Source: an uncultured delta proteobacterium
GTDB taxonomy: Bacteria > Desulfobacterota > Binatia > Bin18
Length of the DNA stretch: 64,000 bases
NCBI GenBank assembly: GCA_963733195.1
Contig: CAVTCR010000057.1
Span: 2,589-66,588, forward strand
Reading direction: 5' to 3'
The position numbers and the translations under genes are program-made. Below are positions 37,474 through 49,764 of the stretch, one piece after another; the first letter of the stretch is position 1; every line of letters starts with the position of its first letter. The notes beneath the pieces were generated by a model that saw nothing but the letters and a program-made list of their open reading frames with translations, ran no database searches and was not told where the DNA came from.

Positions 37474-37518
37474 GACGGGGTTGCCAAAACAAACCCAGGC
37501 CAGATATGGTAGCGCTGC

Positions 37519-37800
37519 ATGAAGTACTCAGACGCTTCTTGCCGGCATGTGGCGGAATTACTGGTCGCGAGCCTGTGCGAGAAAAATCTGGTACGCCTGC
37601 CACAAGAGAAGCGGGCTACCGTCGTAACTAAAATGGCGGCTGTTCTGCTCGACAATTTCCGTCAGGAAGAAGCGATTGAAAAAGAGGCTGAGCGGCTTGC
37701 TGAGGAGCATCTGCGAAACGCTCCTCCTGGGATGGATCGCCATCGTGTGGTGCAGATGATTAAGCAACGCCTCGCAGAAGAACGGCGTTTTTCTCTATGA
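37519..37800 (+). CDS. DUF507 family protein
   Basis: 93 aa, DUF507-like helical composition. Overlaps the next gene by 4 nt. Confidence 0.45.
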   Translation: MKYSDASCRHVAELLVASLCEKNLVRLPQEKRATVVTKMAAVLLDNFRQEEAIEKEAERLAEEHLRNAPPGMDRHRVVQMIKQRLAEERRFSL

Positions 37801-38066
37801 GCCGCTTGTCTGATAACCGTATTGCCGCCCTTTCTCGGTTAGTGTTACGTACGCTGACTCCTGAGGGTGAGGTGTTGAGCGAACGGGCAGCCTTGGTCGA
37901 CGCTAAGCGCCTATTATCAGAATATTTTCAACGCGACAATAAAATCAATGATATTGTTCGTCGTAAGATCGCCTCTCTTTCCCGCCGCGTCGTGCCTGGG
38001 AGCACCGAGTGGGAGGTGCTCTACCGTCGGTACTTTGAAGAAGAGGCCAAAAAATACAAAATCTAG
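37797..38066 (+). CDS. DUF507 family protein (second member of the pair)
   Basis: 89 aa, paralogous architecture to the preceding gene. Confidence 0.45.
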   Translation: MSRLSDNRIAALSRLVLRTLTPEGEVLSERAALVDAKRLLSEYFQRDNKINDIVRRKIASLSRRVVPGSTEWEVLYRRYFEEEAKKYKI

Positions 38067-38205
38067 ACCGAGTTCCCTTGACAACCTAGCGGAAGTGATT
38101 AACTAGTTTGCGACCGTCCACGCGCGGGGAGTCCTCAACGGACATCCCCTGGAGCGGTCAAAAATCTACAACCTGGAAATATAGCGAGGAGAAAGGAGAC
38201 GAGGT

Positions 38206-38493
38206 ATGAAGATTCGACCCCTACAGGATCGAATTATTGTTAAACGGATCGCAGAGGAAGAGAAGACCAAAGGCGGGATCATCATCCCCGACACTGCTAA
38301 GGAAAAACCGCAGGAAGGCAAAGTCATTGCGGTTGGTAAAGGGAAAGTCAATGAGGACGGGAAAGTGACTCCTCTCGACGTGAAGGCTGGCGATAAGGTG
38401 TTGTTTGGCAAGTACTCTGGAACCGAAGTGAAGATTGACGGCGAAGAGCACCTGATCATGCGCGAGGATGACATCCTCGGGGTGATCGAATAA
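38206..38493 (+). CDS. groES: Co-chaperonin GroES
   Basis: 95 aa, [44 protein letters not shown]. Confidence 0.95.
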   Translation: MKIRPLQDRIIVKRIAEEEKTKGGIIIPDTAKEKPQEGKVIAVGKGKVNEDGKVTPLDVKAGDKVLFGKYSGTEVKIDGEEHLIMREDDILGVIE

Positions 38494-38510
38494 GCGTAGC
38501 GGACACGTGA

Positions 38511-40169
<1,659 letters not shown>

Positions 40170-40246
40170 AGCGTGAAGCGTAAAACGTAAGCTGCGCGAT
40201 TTGTATTCACGAGTCACGCAACACGTTTTCCTGTTCTGTCTCTACA

Positions 40247-40288
40247 CGGCCCTGCTGGGGAAACCTGGCAGGGCCGTTGTTCTTTTCG
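40247..40288 (+). terminator. Rho-independent terminator of groESL
   Basis: CGGCCCTGCTGGGGAAACCTGGCAGGGCCG hairpin (9-bp GC-rich stem) followed by TTGTTCTTTTC. Confidence 0.75.
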
Positions 40289-40354
40289 GAGTCCTCTTAG
40301 CAGACTTGCAAAGCGCACTGCACATGACGAAAGATACAAGAAGGAGGTGCTGAC

Positions 40355-41158
40355 ATGGCGCAACAGATGCACGAAATCGACTACAAGATCTTTGGCGACG
40401 ATATGCAGTTTGTTGAGATTGAACTCGATCCAGAAGAAGCGGTCATCGCTGAAGCTGGCGGCATGATGTACATGGACGACGGCGTTGCCATGGAAACAAT
40501 CTTTGGTGACGGGAGACAAAGTTCTTCGGGGTTTCTCGGTTCACTGCTTGGCGCTGGCAAACGGTTGCTCACCGGAGAATCGTTATTCATGACTGTCTTC
40601 ATCAACAAAGGCCAAGGGAAAAAACGTGTGGCCTTCGGTGCTCCGTATGCGGGGAAGATTATCACTGTTCATCTAGGAGACATTGGTGGTGAACTGATCG
40701 CGCAGAAGGATTCGTTCCTGGCGGCGGCAAAAGGTGTCTCTCTCGGTATCGCCTTCCAGAAAAAAATTGGCGTTGGTTTTTTTGGCGGTGAAGGATTCAT
40801 CATGCAACGGTTGCAGGGTGATGGTCTCGCGTTTATTCACGCTGGCGGGACGCTGATGGAGCGGACGCTGGCACCAGGCGAGATGATCCGCGTCGATACT
40901 GGCTGTCTTGCTGCACTTCAGCCCTCGGTCCACTATGACATTGAGTTCGTCGGTAAGATCAAATCCGCTCTCTTTGGTGGTGAAGGCTTATTCTTTGCTA
41001 CTTTGCGTGGTCCGGGCAAGATTTGGTTACAATCTTTACCGTTGAGTCGGCTTGCAAGTCGTATCTATGCTGCTGCCCCACAGGCTGGTGGTACTGGTCG
41101 TGAGAGTGGCTCACTGCTTGGTGGCCTTGCCGGCGGTCTTTTCGGTAGCGACGAGTAA
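40355..41158 (+). CDS. AIM24/TIGR00266 family protein
   Basis: 267 aa with the family pattern (GEALIAEAGAMMYMD...GESLFMT...FGGEGF..Q.L.G.G..F...GG......L..GE.I.VDTG...A.......D..F). Confidence 0.8.
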   Translation: MAQQMHEIDYKIFGDDMQFVEIELDPEEAVIAEAGGMMYMDDGVAMETIFGDGRQSSSGFLGSLLGAGKRLLTGESLFMTVFINKGQGKKRVAFGAPYAGKIITVHLGDIGGELIAQKDSFLAAAKGVSLGIAFQKKIGVGFFGGEGFIMQRLQGDGLAFIHAGGTLMERTLAPGEMIRVDTGCLAALQPSVHYDIEFVGKIKSALFGGEGLFFATLRGPGKIWLQSLPLSRLASRIYAAAPQAGGTGRESGSLLGGLAGGLFGSDE

Positions 41159-41167
41159 GTCGTAGCT

Positions 41168-42301
41168 ATGGCCTATCCTGCAGTTCTCCATGACCCTATA
41201 TCTGGTGCGACGCGACGGGTGACTGTGGCGTGGAACCCTGCGTTGAATGGGAGCCTGCGCGTCGAGGACACTGGTGATACTTATCGTGATATTGCAGCAA
41301 CAGATTTGTCTCTGACACGTGGAGGATGGCGGGGAGATGCGATCAATTTTTCGTGGCAGCAAGAAAGTCGGACCTGGGCAGTGACGGTCGACGAACCGCA
41401 GGCCGTTGCGCAATTAGTGAAAGAATTGCCCCCACACTTCTCAGGACAGATTGCCGCCTGGCAGAAACACAGCAAACGCAGCGAGCGGTGGTCGACCGTA
41501 GCGCTCACTGTTGTCGGCTTGCTTACCTTACTGCCACTGTTTGTACTGATCGCACTGTTTATGATGCGTGACCGCATTCTTGACGCAGTCATTGCCAAGA
41601 TGCCGACCAGCATTGACGCGCGAATCGGTGAGTTGATGCACCAGCAACTGCTCCAATCAGGTGAACTTGTACAGGATGGGCCCGCGGCCGAGGCAGTACG
41701 GACGGTGAGCCAGCGGTTTATTGCTCATCTCCCGAAGCAGGACTTCACCTTTCGTTTTGAGGTGGTGAACGAGAAGTCCGTCAATGCCTTTGCTGCACCA
41801 GGCGGTCTAGTCGTCGTGCATACCGGCCTCCTGGCAAAAGCAACTTCGGTTGATCAACTTGTGGGAGTCTTAGGTCATGAGATCACCCATGTGACGCGCC
41901 GACACTCGCTTCGCCAGCTTATCTATGATTTAGGGCTGAGCACTACACTTCGCTGGTTGCTTGGGGTACCTGATGGGATAGCTGACACTATTGCTGGAGC
42001 AGCAGTGAATCTCAGTGGGCTAAGGTTCAGCCGTGAACAAGAAACCGAGGCAGACCGTGGAGGTGTTGAGCTACTCCAGAAGGCTCACCTTCCCGCGACC
42101 GGGCTCCAGTCGTTCTTTGAAGAACTTGCTCGTGATAAGGGACAAGTCCCCACATTTCTCTCCACCCACCCAGCAGATGCTGAACGGTCTGCAACACTTC
42201 AACGATTGATAGCCGAGCGTGGGTCGTGGGAAATCGAACCGCTTGCGATCGACTGGGAAACCGTACGGCGAGATGCTGAAGAGCAGATTCAGAAGAAATA
42301 G
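41168..42301 (+). CDS. M48-family zinc metallopeptidase with N-terminal extra domain and TM segment
   Basis: HEITH (HExxH) at VLGHEITHV, a downstream Glu-containing helix, and a hydrophobic TM (VALTVVGLLTLLPLFVLIALFMM). Confidence 0.75.
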   Translation: MAYPAVLHDPISGATRRVTVAWNPALNGSLRVEDTGDTYRDIAATDLSLTRGGWRGDAINFSWQQESRTWAVTVDEPQAVAQLVKELPPHFSGQIAAWQKHSKRSERWSTVALTVVGLLTLLPLFVLIALFMMRDRILDAVIAKMPTSIDARIGELMHQQLLQSGELVQDGPAAEAVRTVSQRFIAHLPKQDFTFRFEVVNEKSVNAFAAPGGLVVVHTGLLAKATSVDQLVGVLGHEITHVTRRHSLRQLIYDLGLSTTLRWLLGVPDGIADTIAGAAVNLSGLRFSREQETEADRGGVELLQKAHLPATGLQSFFEELARDKGQVPTFLSTHPADAERSATLQRLIAERGSWEIEPLAIDWETVRRDAEEQIQKK

Positions 42302-42376
42302 AGATATGAGACAGAGATAGAGATCAGAGAGGGACGGAACGGGCTCTGTTTCTCTTCTCTGCCTTGTCTGGTATCA

Positions 42377-43036
42377 CTACTTGCTCGGCAATCCAGTGAT
42401 CCGAATCCCCGCGGAGTGTACTTTGTTGAGAATGTTGAGGCGAATCAGGAGTGCAGTGATTGGTTCGATCAGTCGTGCGGCTTCGATCGGTCCCACCTCG
42501 ACGGCTTTGATGCCGCTGCCGAGTTTCTCGACGAGTTGCATCACCGTCGGGCGTGCGTCCTTATCTCCACAGACCAGCACATCACAGTCGACTGGCGCAT
42601 TGAGCTCCCGCAACACGTGCGCTGAGACGTTTTGCAGCGCACAAACGACTTTCACATCAGGACCAAGCACTGCCTTCGCTTCTTCACTCGCTGATCCTGC
42701 TGCTGGCATAACGACGCGTCGTGCATTCTCAGGGTCGAGAGGGACTGAGACATCGACAAAGATCTTTCCCTTGAGTTGCTCTTTCACACTTTCCAAGGTC
42801 CCAACATGGGCCGAGTAGGGTACCGTAAGAACGGCAATGTCTGCCTCTGCGGCTGCGGTGACATTGTCCGTTCCCCGCAATATATTCTTGCCTAATTCCT
42901 GGTTCAGTTCGGCAGCGACTTTCTCGCCTTTTTCTTTTTGACGTGAACCAATAATGACCGTCTCGCCTGCTTTCGCCCAGCGCAGTGCGAGTCCTGGTCC
43001 TTGTTCCCCTGTTCCTCCGAGAATCGCAATTTTCAT
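42377..43036 (-). CDS. NADPH-dependent F420 reductase (Fno/NpdG family)
   Basis: 219 aa. MKIAILGGTGEQGPGLALRWAKAG Rossmann N-terminus and overall Fno pattern. Confidence 0.8.
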   Translation of the reverse strand: MKIAILGGTGEQGPGLALRWAKAGETVIIGSRQKEKGEKVAAELNQELGKNILRGTDNVTAAAEADIAVLTVPYSAHVGTLESVKEQLKGKIFVDVSVPLDPENARRVVMPAAGSASEEAKAVLGPDVKVVCALQNVSAHVLRELNAPVDCDVLVCGDKDARPTVMQLVEKLGSGIKAVEVGPIEAARLIEPITALLIRLNILNKVHSAGIRITGLPSK

Positions 43037-43189
43037 GTATTTGTTTCCTCCTCTCAGACCGAATCCATCTGCGGAAAATCTAATCGGGAGAGTATAAAGC
43101 GTAAAACGGAAAACGTAAAAGGGAGAGGTCAGGCCTTTAGGTGTTGATACTGCTCAGTTGTTACGTTTTACGTGTCACGTATTGCATAT

Positions 43190-44845
43190 TTAGCGTTTTT
43201 TCCCGACCGAGGCCTGAATGTATTTCCGTGTGACCGGTGAGAGATCATCGGGATCGACCATGGTTTCGATAATTACAAACGATGGAATCTTGCCTGCTTC
43301 CTTCAGCGCGTCGTGCAATTCCCCTACGGTCTCGACACGAAGACCGACCCCTCCCCAGGCTTCAGCCATTTTTGCATACGGCCAGGAGGGAAGGTTGAGT
43401 AAATCTTGCCGTTCGGTGACTGGGCGAAAGATGCCCCAGCCCGCGTTGTTCATAACAATGACTATGGGATTGAGGCCGTAGCGCGGGGCATGGCAAATTT
43501 CTGGACCAGTCATTTGGAATGCACCATCGCCACAGAGGACGATTGGCCGATTGCCAGTACCAATCTGCGCTCCGAGCGCACCGGGAATGCCAAATCCCAT
43601 CGAGGCGTAATAGCCTTGCGCAAGATACGCGCCGCTGTGGTCCACTTTAATGTCGAGCCCCGCAAACAACATATCACCTGCTTCGGCGACGACCATGTAG
43701 CCTTTGCGGCCACGGAGGAATTTATTCACTTCCCACAACATGTCTGCGACCTGAATCGTACGTTTCTCCCCGCGCGGTTGCGGCGCGAGATTGTCGCAAT
43801 AGGTCACCTTTTCATGGTGTTTCTTGAGCGGCGCTTTGAGTAAGCCTTTGACGTAGTCACGAACGGTGACGTCGGTGTACGAATGATAACTAATATCGAC
43901 TTTGTTTTGTACCGCCCAAATCGATTTCTCTTTCGATAGCTGTGGCAAGCGAGAACCCAAATTCATGTCGGTTAACAAGGTTCCCAAGTTAATGACTAAG
44001 TCGGCTTCATCAATACGTTTGCGGATCGGTGGCGGAGAGATGGGACCGATGTTCACACCCATGTACTGGGGATGGTCCATCGGAAAAGCGCCCTTGGCAA
44101 GAACCGTACTCATGCACGGCGCCCCCATTTTTTCGACTAACTCGATAATTTCTCGTTGCAGCTTGAAACGAAACGTTTCAATGCCGACGATCACCGCAGG
44201 CTTGCGTGCGCGATTAAACCGTTCGGTGGTTTCTCGTACTGCTTCCTCGACTTTTCGTGCATCTGAATGGGCAAAATCCAATTTGCCGTCCCACTCCAAA
44301 ATGTTGCGAGGTACCTCGATCTTACGATCAACCATGTCCTGATGAATCTCAATGTATCCAGGTTGATGGTGGAGCCAGGTTTGACGGACGACTTCATCAA
44401 TGTCCGTGGCCGCAGTACGAGGGTCAGCAATAATTTTCGCTGCGCAAGTGATTTCTTGGAAAATATGATACTGCGACTCGATTTCTTTGGCTTGATGATG
44501 AATAAGAACGCCGAGCTTCCGTTTCTCTTCGCCTGGTCCACCACTGATGACCAGGACTGGAACACGTTCAGAAAATGATCCTGCTACGGGATTGACGACA
44601 TTGTGGCCGCCTGCACCGTATGTGACACACAAGACGCCGAGTTTGCCGGTAGCGCGGGCGTAGCCATCAACGGCAAACCCTGCTCCGGGCTCGTGCGAAA
44701 AGGTGAGGACTTCCATTCCCCGTGGCTTACCGAATTTCATGAATAGTTGAATGACCAAGTCTCCGGGGATCCCGAAGAGATGTGTGACCCCGATCTTGCG
44801 TAGGTAGGCGACAAGGTAGTCGCCAATCTGCATATGCGATTTCAT
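43190..44845 (-). CDS. Thiamine-diphosphate-dependent 2-ketoacid decarboxylase (indolepyruvate/phenylpyruvate decarboxylase-like)
   Basis: 551 aa. N-terminal PYR domain (GIPGD...), central domain, and C-terminal TPP-binding GDG...NN motif (LCGDGAFQMT...VMNNAGWG). Confidence 0.8.
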   Translation of the reverse strand: MKSHMQIGDYLVAYLRKIGVTHLFGIPGDLVIQLFMKFGKPRGMEVLTFSHEPGAGFAVDGYARATGKLGVLCVTYGAGGHNVVNPVAGSFSERVPVLVISGGPGEEKRKLGVLIHHQAKEIESQYHIFQEITCAAKIIADPRTAATDIDEVVRQTWLHHQPGYIEIHQDMVDRKIEVPRNILEWDGKLDFAHSDARKVEEAVRETTERFNRARKPAVIVGIETFRFKLQREIIELVEKMGAPCMSTVLAKGAFPMDHPQYMGVNIGPISPPPIRKRIDEADLVINLGTLLTDMNLGSRLPQLSKEKSIWAVQNKVDISYHSYTDVTVRDYVKGLLKAPLKKHHEKVTYCDNLAPQPRGEKRTIQVADMLWEVNKFLRGRKGYMVVAEAGDMLFAGLDIKVDHSGAYLAQGYYASMGFGIPGALGAQIGTGNRPIVLCGDGAFQMTGPEICHAPRYGLNPIVIVMNNAGWGIFRPVTERQDLLNLPSWPYAKMAEAWGGVGLRVETVGELHDALKEAGKIPSFVIIETMVDPDDLSPVTRKYIQASVGKKR

Positions 44846-44924
44846 CGATTCTTACCCCCCTGAGGACATTCTAGCAAATTTCCCCCAGGGGAGGCGTGTA
44901 GAACAAGGTGAGAGGAAAGGGATA

Positions 44925-45827
44925 CTATCCAAAAAATTGTTCAACACTACCTGAGATAACCGCGATGTCACGAACAGAGTTATTACGAAAGACACGAAAG
45001 AGGATGGTCTCACCTGCGCGTTTCCCCCACAAGTAATCGTAAAATTTCCGTCGGTCTGAAACTTCTTCGCTATCGACAGCTAGGACCACATCTCCGGCTT
45101 TAAGCCCGGCTTTATCACCAGGCCCATCGGGAAGCACGCCAGCAATGACGAGATGATCACGGAGAGTGTAGGAGTACATCCCGATCCACGCCCGTGATGG
45201 TTGCGAGACCCGCCGTCCGTATTTTAATAACTCGTCTTTATGGTGGATAAAATTTTCTACCGGAATCGCAAGAGAAAACCTGCCGACCTCATTGAGGTTG
45301 AGGTAGGTGATACCGACCATACGCCCGTTCATGTCAAACATCGGGCCGCCGCCAGGGCCAGGGTTCATCGCCGTGCAGACTAATGCGCGATCTGTGGCGT
45401 ATTCCCAATAGGCATCAAACGGAGCGACCGAGGTAATTGCTCCTCCATTGACTCGTCGCCCGCTATCTTCACCTGAGCTCGCAACCAGAAACACATCATC
45501 TCCTGGCTTAAGATCACTAGAAGGGCGCAAGGGAACAGAAGGCATTCCGTTGGCGGCGATCTTTAGGACAGCTGTGCCAGAGGCGAAATCCTGCGCAGCA
45601 ATTTCAGCATCATATTGCGTGTTATCAAGTAAAGTGACTTGCAGCGATGTGGCACCGATAACAATATAATTTACCGTGAGAATGAAACCATCGGAGGACA
45701 CCACTGCCCCAGACCCCATCCTTTCAGTGCCGAGTAACATGGCGGACGGATGTTGCTGGGGGACGGTCGTGTGAATGCTGACTGTGGCCGGCAGAACTTG
45801 TTCGATAAGCTTGACCGATGCGTTCAC
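44925..45827 (-). CDS. S1C (HtrA/DegP-like) trypsin-fold serine protease with C-terminal PDZ-like region, no obvious signal peptide
   Basis: GSGAVVSSDGFILT...NPGPGGGPMFDMNGRMVGI (GxSGGP-like) plus PDZ-like GVLPDGPGDKAGLKAGDVVLAVD. Confidence 0.75.
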   Translation of the reverse strand: MNASVKLIEQVLPATVSIHTTVPQQHPSAMLLGTERMGSGAVVSSDGFILTVNYIVIGATSLQVTLLDNTQYDAEIAAQDFASGTAVLKIAANGMPSVPLRPSSDLKPGDDVFLVASSGEDSGRRVNGGAITSVAPFDAYWEYATDRALVCTAMNPGPGGGPMFDMNGRMVGITYLNLNEVGRFSLAIPVENFIHHKDELLKYGRRVSQPSRAWIGMYSYTLRDHLVIAGVLPDGPGDKAGLKAGDVVLAVDSEEVSDRRKFYDYLWGKRAGETILFRVFRNNSVRDIAVISGSVEQFFG

Positions 45828-46188
45828 TATTCCCCCTTTTCGGGTGAAGATGCTGCAAAGCTAATGACTTGTCCGAACGAAAGCAACCCCAGGACTTTTT
45901 ATCTTGGATACAACCAAAAAAAGAAAATATCGCTTGTGTCTTCCTTGCTCAATGTTTATCCCCCTATCATAAAAAGCGTTTTGTCGTCTGTAGCTGTCAA
46001 TATTTTGCCGTAGTACGTCACAAATTTGTCACTTTTGTCATGGGGATTTCCCTCTTGTCAAAGGGTATTTCCTCAAAAAGACAGGAAAGTCTTTGTTTTA
46101 AGCTGAGATATAAGCATTTTTTTCATGCCCGTTGAATATAAAAAAAGTAGATTAAAAAAAACCTTTTGGCCTTGATTTTGCGTACTAT

Positions 46189-46605
46189 ATGGTAGGTGAG
46201 CGTTCGGGGGTAAGAGAGTCAATTATGTTAGAAAATGATCATGTGAGCGTTCGGTGGACTGAGTTCTTGTCTCCAGATCAATTCTTTTCTGATCGTTTGC
46301 TGGTCGGCAATGCGTCTGAGGAGCTCTCCTTGCAATGGGCGGTATTTATGGATGGGCTGCAGCAGTATTGGACGTTAGCCGAGAACGAAATTGGCCGTAA
46401 TTCTGAAGAATTTATCCAGGAGGAAACCTGGATGCTTGTGGATGATGAAGAATGGCCGTTCTCTTTTGCTCATCTGTGCGAAACGTTTGGTTTGCAGCCG
46501 ACCTCAGTCCGTGCCTCATTGACGGCATGGAAAGATGCACAACTCTCGGCATCCTCGTCGAGTGACGCAAAGAAGAAAACCTTTCGCGGTCTTCCCCAGC
46601 TTTAA
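46189..46605 (+). CDS. Hypothetical acidic protein (start probably at the Met near 46225)
   Basis: ORF only. It follows an AT-rich promoter-like region and is followed by a 12-bp perfect-stem hairpin at 46627-46665. Confidence 0.35.
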   Translation: MVGERSGVRESIMLENDHVSVRWTEFLSPDQFFSDRLLVGNASEELSLQWAVFMDGLQQYWTLAENEIGRNSEEFIQEETWMLVDDEEWPFSFAHLCETFGLQPTSVRASLTAWKDAQLSASSSSDAKKKTFRGLPQL

Positions 46606-46723
46606 TCGACTATTGATTGTCCCGCAGGGCAGGTAACGGTTTCTCCTCCTTTTTCCGTTACCTGCCACTTCTTTCCCTTGGCAGTTCCAGACGAATCTTA
46701 TAGGCTCCCTGTGGGAGGGAGCT

Positions 46724-47515
46724 ATGTACGCGACAGTTGATGATTTGAGAATTCATTATACCCTTGAGGGGCAAGGGACTGACCTTATCTTAATTCACGG
46801 ACTCGGCGGTAGCTTGCACGATTGGGATGCTATTGCTCCCGTCCTTGCCCGCTATCATCGTGTCCTACGGTGGGACGTCCGCGGATTCGGTGAATCCGAT
46901 AAGCCAGCGGGTCCGTACTCTCCACAGCTCTTTGCTCGCGACCTGGCCGGATTGTGCCGTGCTGTGGGTGTCTCTTGTGCGCACGTCGCCGGCATTTCAA
47001 TGGGTGGGGTGATCGCACAGCGTTTGACGATTGACTACCCCGAGTTAGTGCGTTCCCTCGTGCTGATGAGCACTTCTAGTGAGGTGAGTGAGCAGGCACA
47101 AAAAGCCTGGTTGAAGATGGCCGATAGTATCGAGCAGCGTGGGTTTTCTGCCAATCCTGATGTTGCAGCGCGCGTTTTTACCCCAGGCTTTGCCAAGGCC
47201 AATCCCGACCAGATTACAGCGATGACTGAACGGACCGCGAAAAATGCTCCACATGCGTATGCGGCAGCGGCACGAGCAATCGGGACATTTAATTGGACTG
47301 CTGAACTCGATCGTATCCGCGTGCCAACCTTAATTCTTCAAGGCCTTGAGGACGTGCTGACTCCGCCCGGTGGCTCGGTCAAGCTGAGTCGCGGCATTGT
47401 CCACTCACGGCTGTTGATGTTGCCAGAATGTGGCCATGGTATGACGATGGAAAAGACGGAAGTGGTGACTCATGCACTGCTCGCGTTCGTGGCTGGCGTA
47501 GAATTCAGCCAGTAA
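46724..47515 (+). CDS. Alpha/beta-fold hydrolase (enol-lactonase-like)
   Basis: 263 aa. HGLGGS oxyanion region, nucleophile elbow GISMGG, C-terminal His (CGHGM). Confidence 0.85.
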   Translation: MYATVDDLRIHYTLEGQGTDLILIHGLGGSLHDWDAIAPVLARYHRVLRWDVRGFGESDKPAGPYSPQLFARDLAGLCRAVGVSCAHVAGISMGGVIAQRLTIDYPELVRSLVLMSTSSEVSEQAQKAWLKMADSIEQRGFSANPDVAARVFTPGFAKANPDQITAMTERTAKNAPHAYAAAARAIGTFNWTAELDRIRVPTLILQGLEDVLTPPGGSVKLSRGIVHSRLLMLPECGHGMTMEKTEVVTHALLAFVAGVEFSQ

Positions 47516-47545
47516 TACTCCCATTACAAGTGGCGCAGACACCTA

Positions 47546-49614
47546 TGGACGTTTTTCCGCAGCGCAGCACCGGGCAGTGGAGGGGACGAATCGTACTCTT
47601 TGTGATGGTTATGACAGCGGCGGTGCTCGCTTTTGCGTTGTACAAGAGCGAATTATACTCGCCTGCTTCAGATCCTCAGATGACCCAGACCCGGAAAGGA
47701 GAGCCTATGGCCCGCGAGCTCATTCATGCTCCTGAATTAGAAGGAGGAATTGCCTGGCTCAATACGGATCATCCCATTACGCTTGCAAGTTTGAAAGGCA
47801 AGATCGTCCTGCTGGACTTTTGGACTTACTGTTGTATCAATTGTATGCACGTTATTCCTGATCTCAAGAAACTCGAGGCCAAGTATCCCAACCAACTAGT
47901 TGTGATTGGCGTACACTCAGCAAAATTTCCTAATGAGGGTGAATCTGACAATATCCGCCAGGCGATTCTGCGGTACGAAATTGAACATCCAGTGGTGAAT
48001 GATCGGGACTTCCAAATTTGGCAACGCTATGGTCCGCGTTCGTGGCCAACACTGGTGCTGATCGACCCCCAAGGCTACGTGGTCGGTGGCATTTCCGGCG
48101 AGGGGCATTATGACAAGCTCGATCACGTCATTAGCCAGCTCATCATCGACCATCGTGCGCGTGGAACGCTGAACGAGGAGCCACTTAAGCTGACGTTAGA
48201 AAAATCGCGAGTTGCAACCCCTGTGCTCTCATTCCCCGGAAAAGTGTTGGTTGATCCATATCATGATCGCTTGTTTATTGCCGACTCGAATCACAACCGA
48301 ATTGTGATTACAACTAAAGCGGGAAAAATTCTTGATGTTGCAGGGGCTGGTGAGATCGGTGCCGCAGACGGGAGTTTTTCCGAAGCAACATTCAAACATC
48401 CTCAAGGGATGGCGCTCGATGGCGAGCTGCTCTACGTGGCAGATACTGAGAATCATTTGTTGCGACGGCTGGACTTGAAGGCACGAACAGTAGCAACGAT
48501 TGCTGGAACCGGAGTCCAAGCCCTGGGGCGCTACGAACGTGGTCCAGCGCGACACGTTGCTCTCAGCTCACCATGGGATCTCACGCTTGCAAAAGGGATT
48601 CTCTATATCGCGATGGCTGGGCCGCACCAGATTTGGGCAATGAATCTCCAGCATAATGAGATTGGTCCATACGCGGGATCGAGTCGAGAAGATCGGATCG
48701 ATGGTCCATTGATGGAAGCCGCACTCGCGCAACCGAGTGGTATTACCTCTGATGGCACCAACCTGTATGTCGCGGATTCTGAAATCAGCTCGATTCGTTC
48801 TGTGAGTCTCAATCCGAAAGGCTCCGTCTCGACTGTCGTCGGACTTGCACTCTTCGAGTTCGGTGACGTCGATGGCCAAGGCGAGACGGTACGGTTGCAG
48901 CATCCGTTGGGAGTTGAACATCATAATGGCGTCTTGTACGTCGCTGACACTTACAATCACAAGATCAAAGCGATTGGACCGCAGTTAAAGACCTCGGTGA
49001 CATTCCTCGGCACCGGGAAACCTGGTCTCCGCGATGGTGAGATGCCGCAATTCTATGAGCCTGCTGGGCTGAGTATCGCCGATGGCAAAATGTATATTGC
49101 TGATACCAACAATCACGTTATTCGCGTAGCTGATCTTCACACCAAACAGGTGACGACACTACAACTGACTGGACTCACCGAGAGTGCGGGCATCATGGTA
49201 GCTGACATATGGCCCAATCTTGAAGAGATCCATGTGCAAGAACAAGTCTTGCGGGTTGGCCAGAGCCGTCTGACCCTTGAGGTCGAGATCCCCGCACCCT
49301 ATAAACTCAATCCGGGTTCGCCCCTAGAATATCGTGTCGATGTGCGGACATCTGTACCTCAGATGAACAAGCGAGTAACGGTGAAAGACGGGAAGTTTCC
49401 GCTGCAAATTCCCCTTGCGCTGACATCAGGCCAGACGGAAATTCGTGCCTCAGTGAGTTTTGTCTACTGCCGTGATGGTAATGAGGGGGTGTGCATTATC
49501 AAATCTGTGCGTTGGACGATTCCGGTCAAGGCGACTAATGACGGCAAAGATGAGTTGCGAATTGAACATTCATTAGTACCGTTCCAATTGGAGAACCAAG
49601 ATCGACCACTATGA
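47546..49614 (+). CDS. Membrane-anchored thioredoxin-like (TlpA/redoxin, CxxC) domain fused to an NHL-repeat beta-propeller
   Basis: Start taken at the ATG at 47546, after the hydrolase stop; the ORF-track start 47428 overlaps the upstream gene. TM helix, redoxin domain with WTYCCINCMHV (CINC = CxxC), then repeated NHL blades (LFIADSNHNRIV; LYVADTENHLLRR; LYVADSEISSIRS; LYVADTYNHKIK; MYIADTNNHVIRV). Confidence 0.8.
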
Positions 49615-49764
49615 CCTTGCTACGTGGGCCTCTGAGCATGAGGTTCTTGCAAACGAAGAAAACAGCGAGATGAAAGAATGGATCACATAAGAGGTAACAC
49701 GTGATCCGTGCTACGTGGAATATGATAATCGGATGGAAAGCGAAGTGAGAATGAGGAGAAGACA

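Noticed and set aside
38060-38205. CIRCE (HrcA operator) or a sigma32 promoter upstream of groES
   Set aside because: There is no TTAGCACTC-N9-GAGTGCTAA inverted repeat. CTTGACA at 38077 with a possible TAACTA about 16 nt downstream is a weak sigma70-like candidate only. The evidence is not strong enough to list as a feature.
43037-43189. Terminator hairpin between the Fno and decarboxylase genes (CGTAAAACG ... CGTTTTACG)
   Set aside because: Inverted CGTAAAACG motifs exist, and the motif also appears after groEL, but the stem is interrupted and no clean T-run follows on the relevant strand. It is left uncalled.
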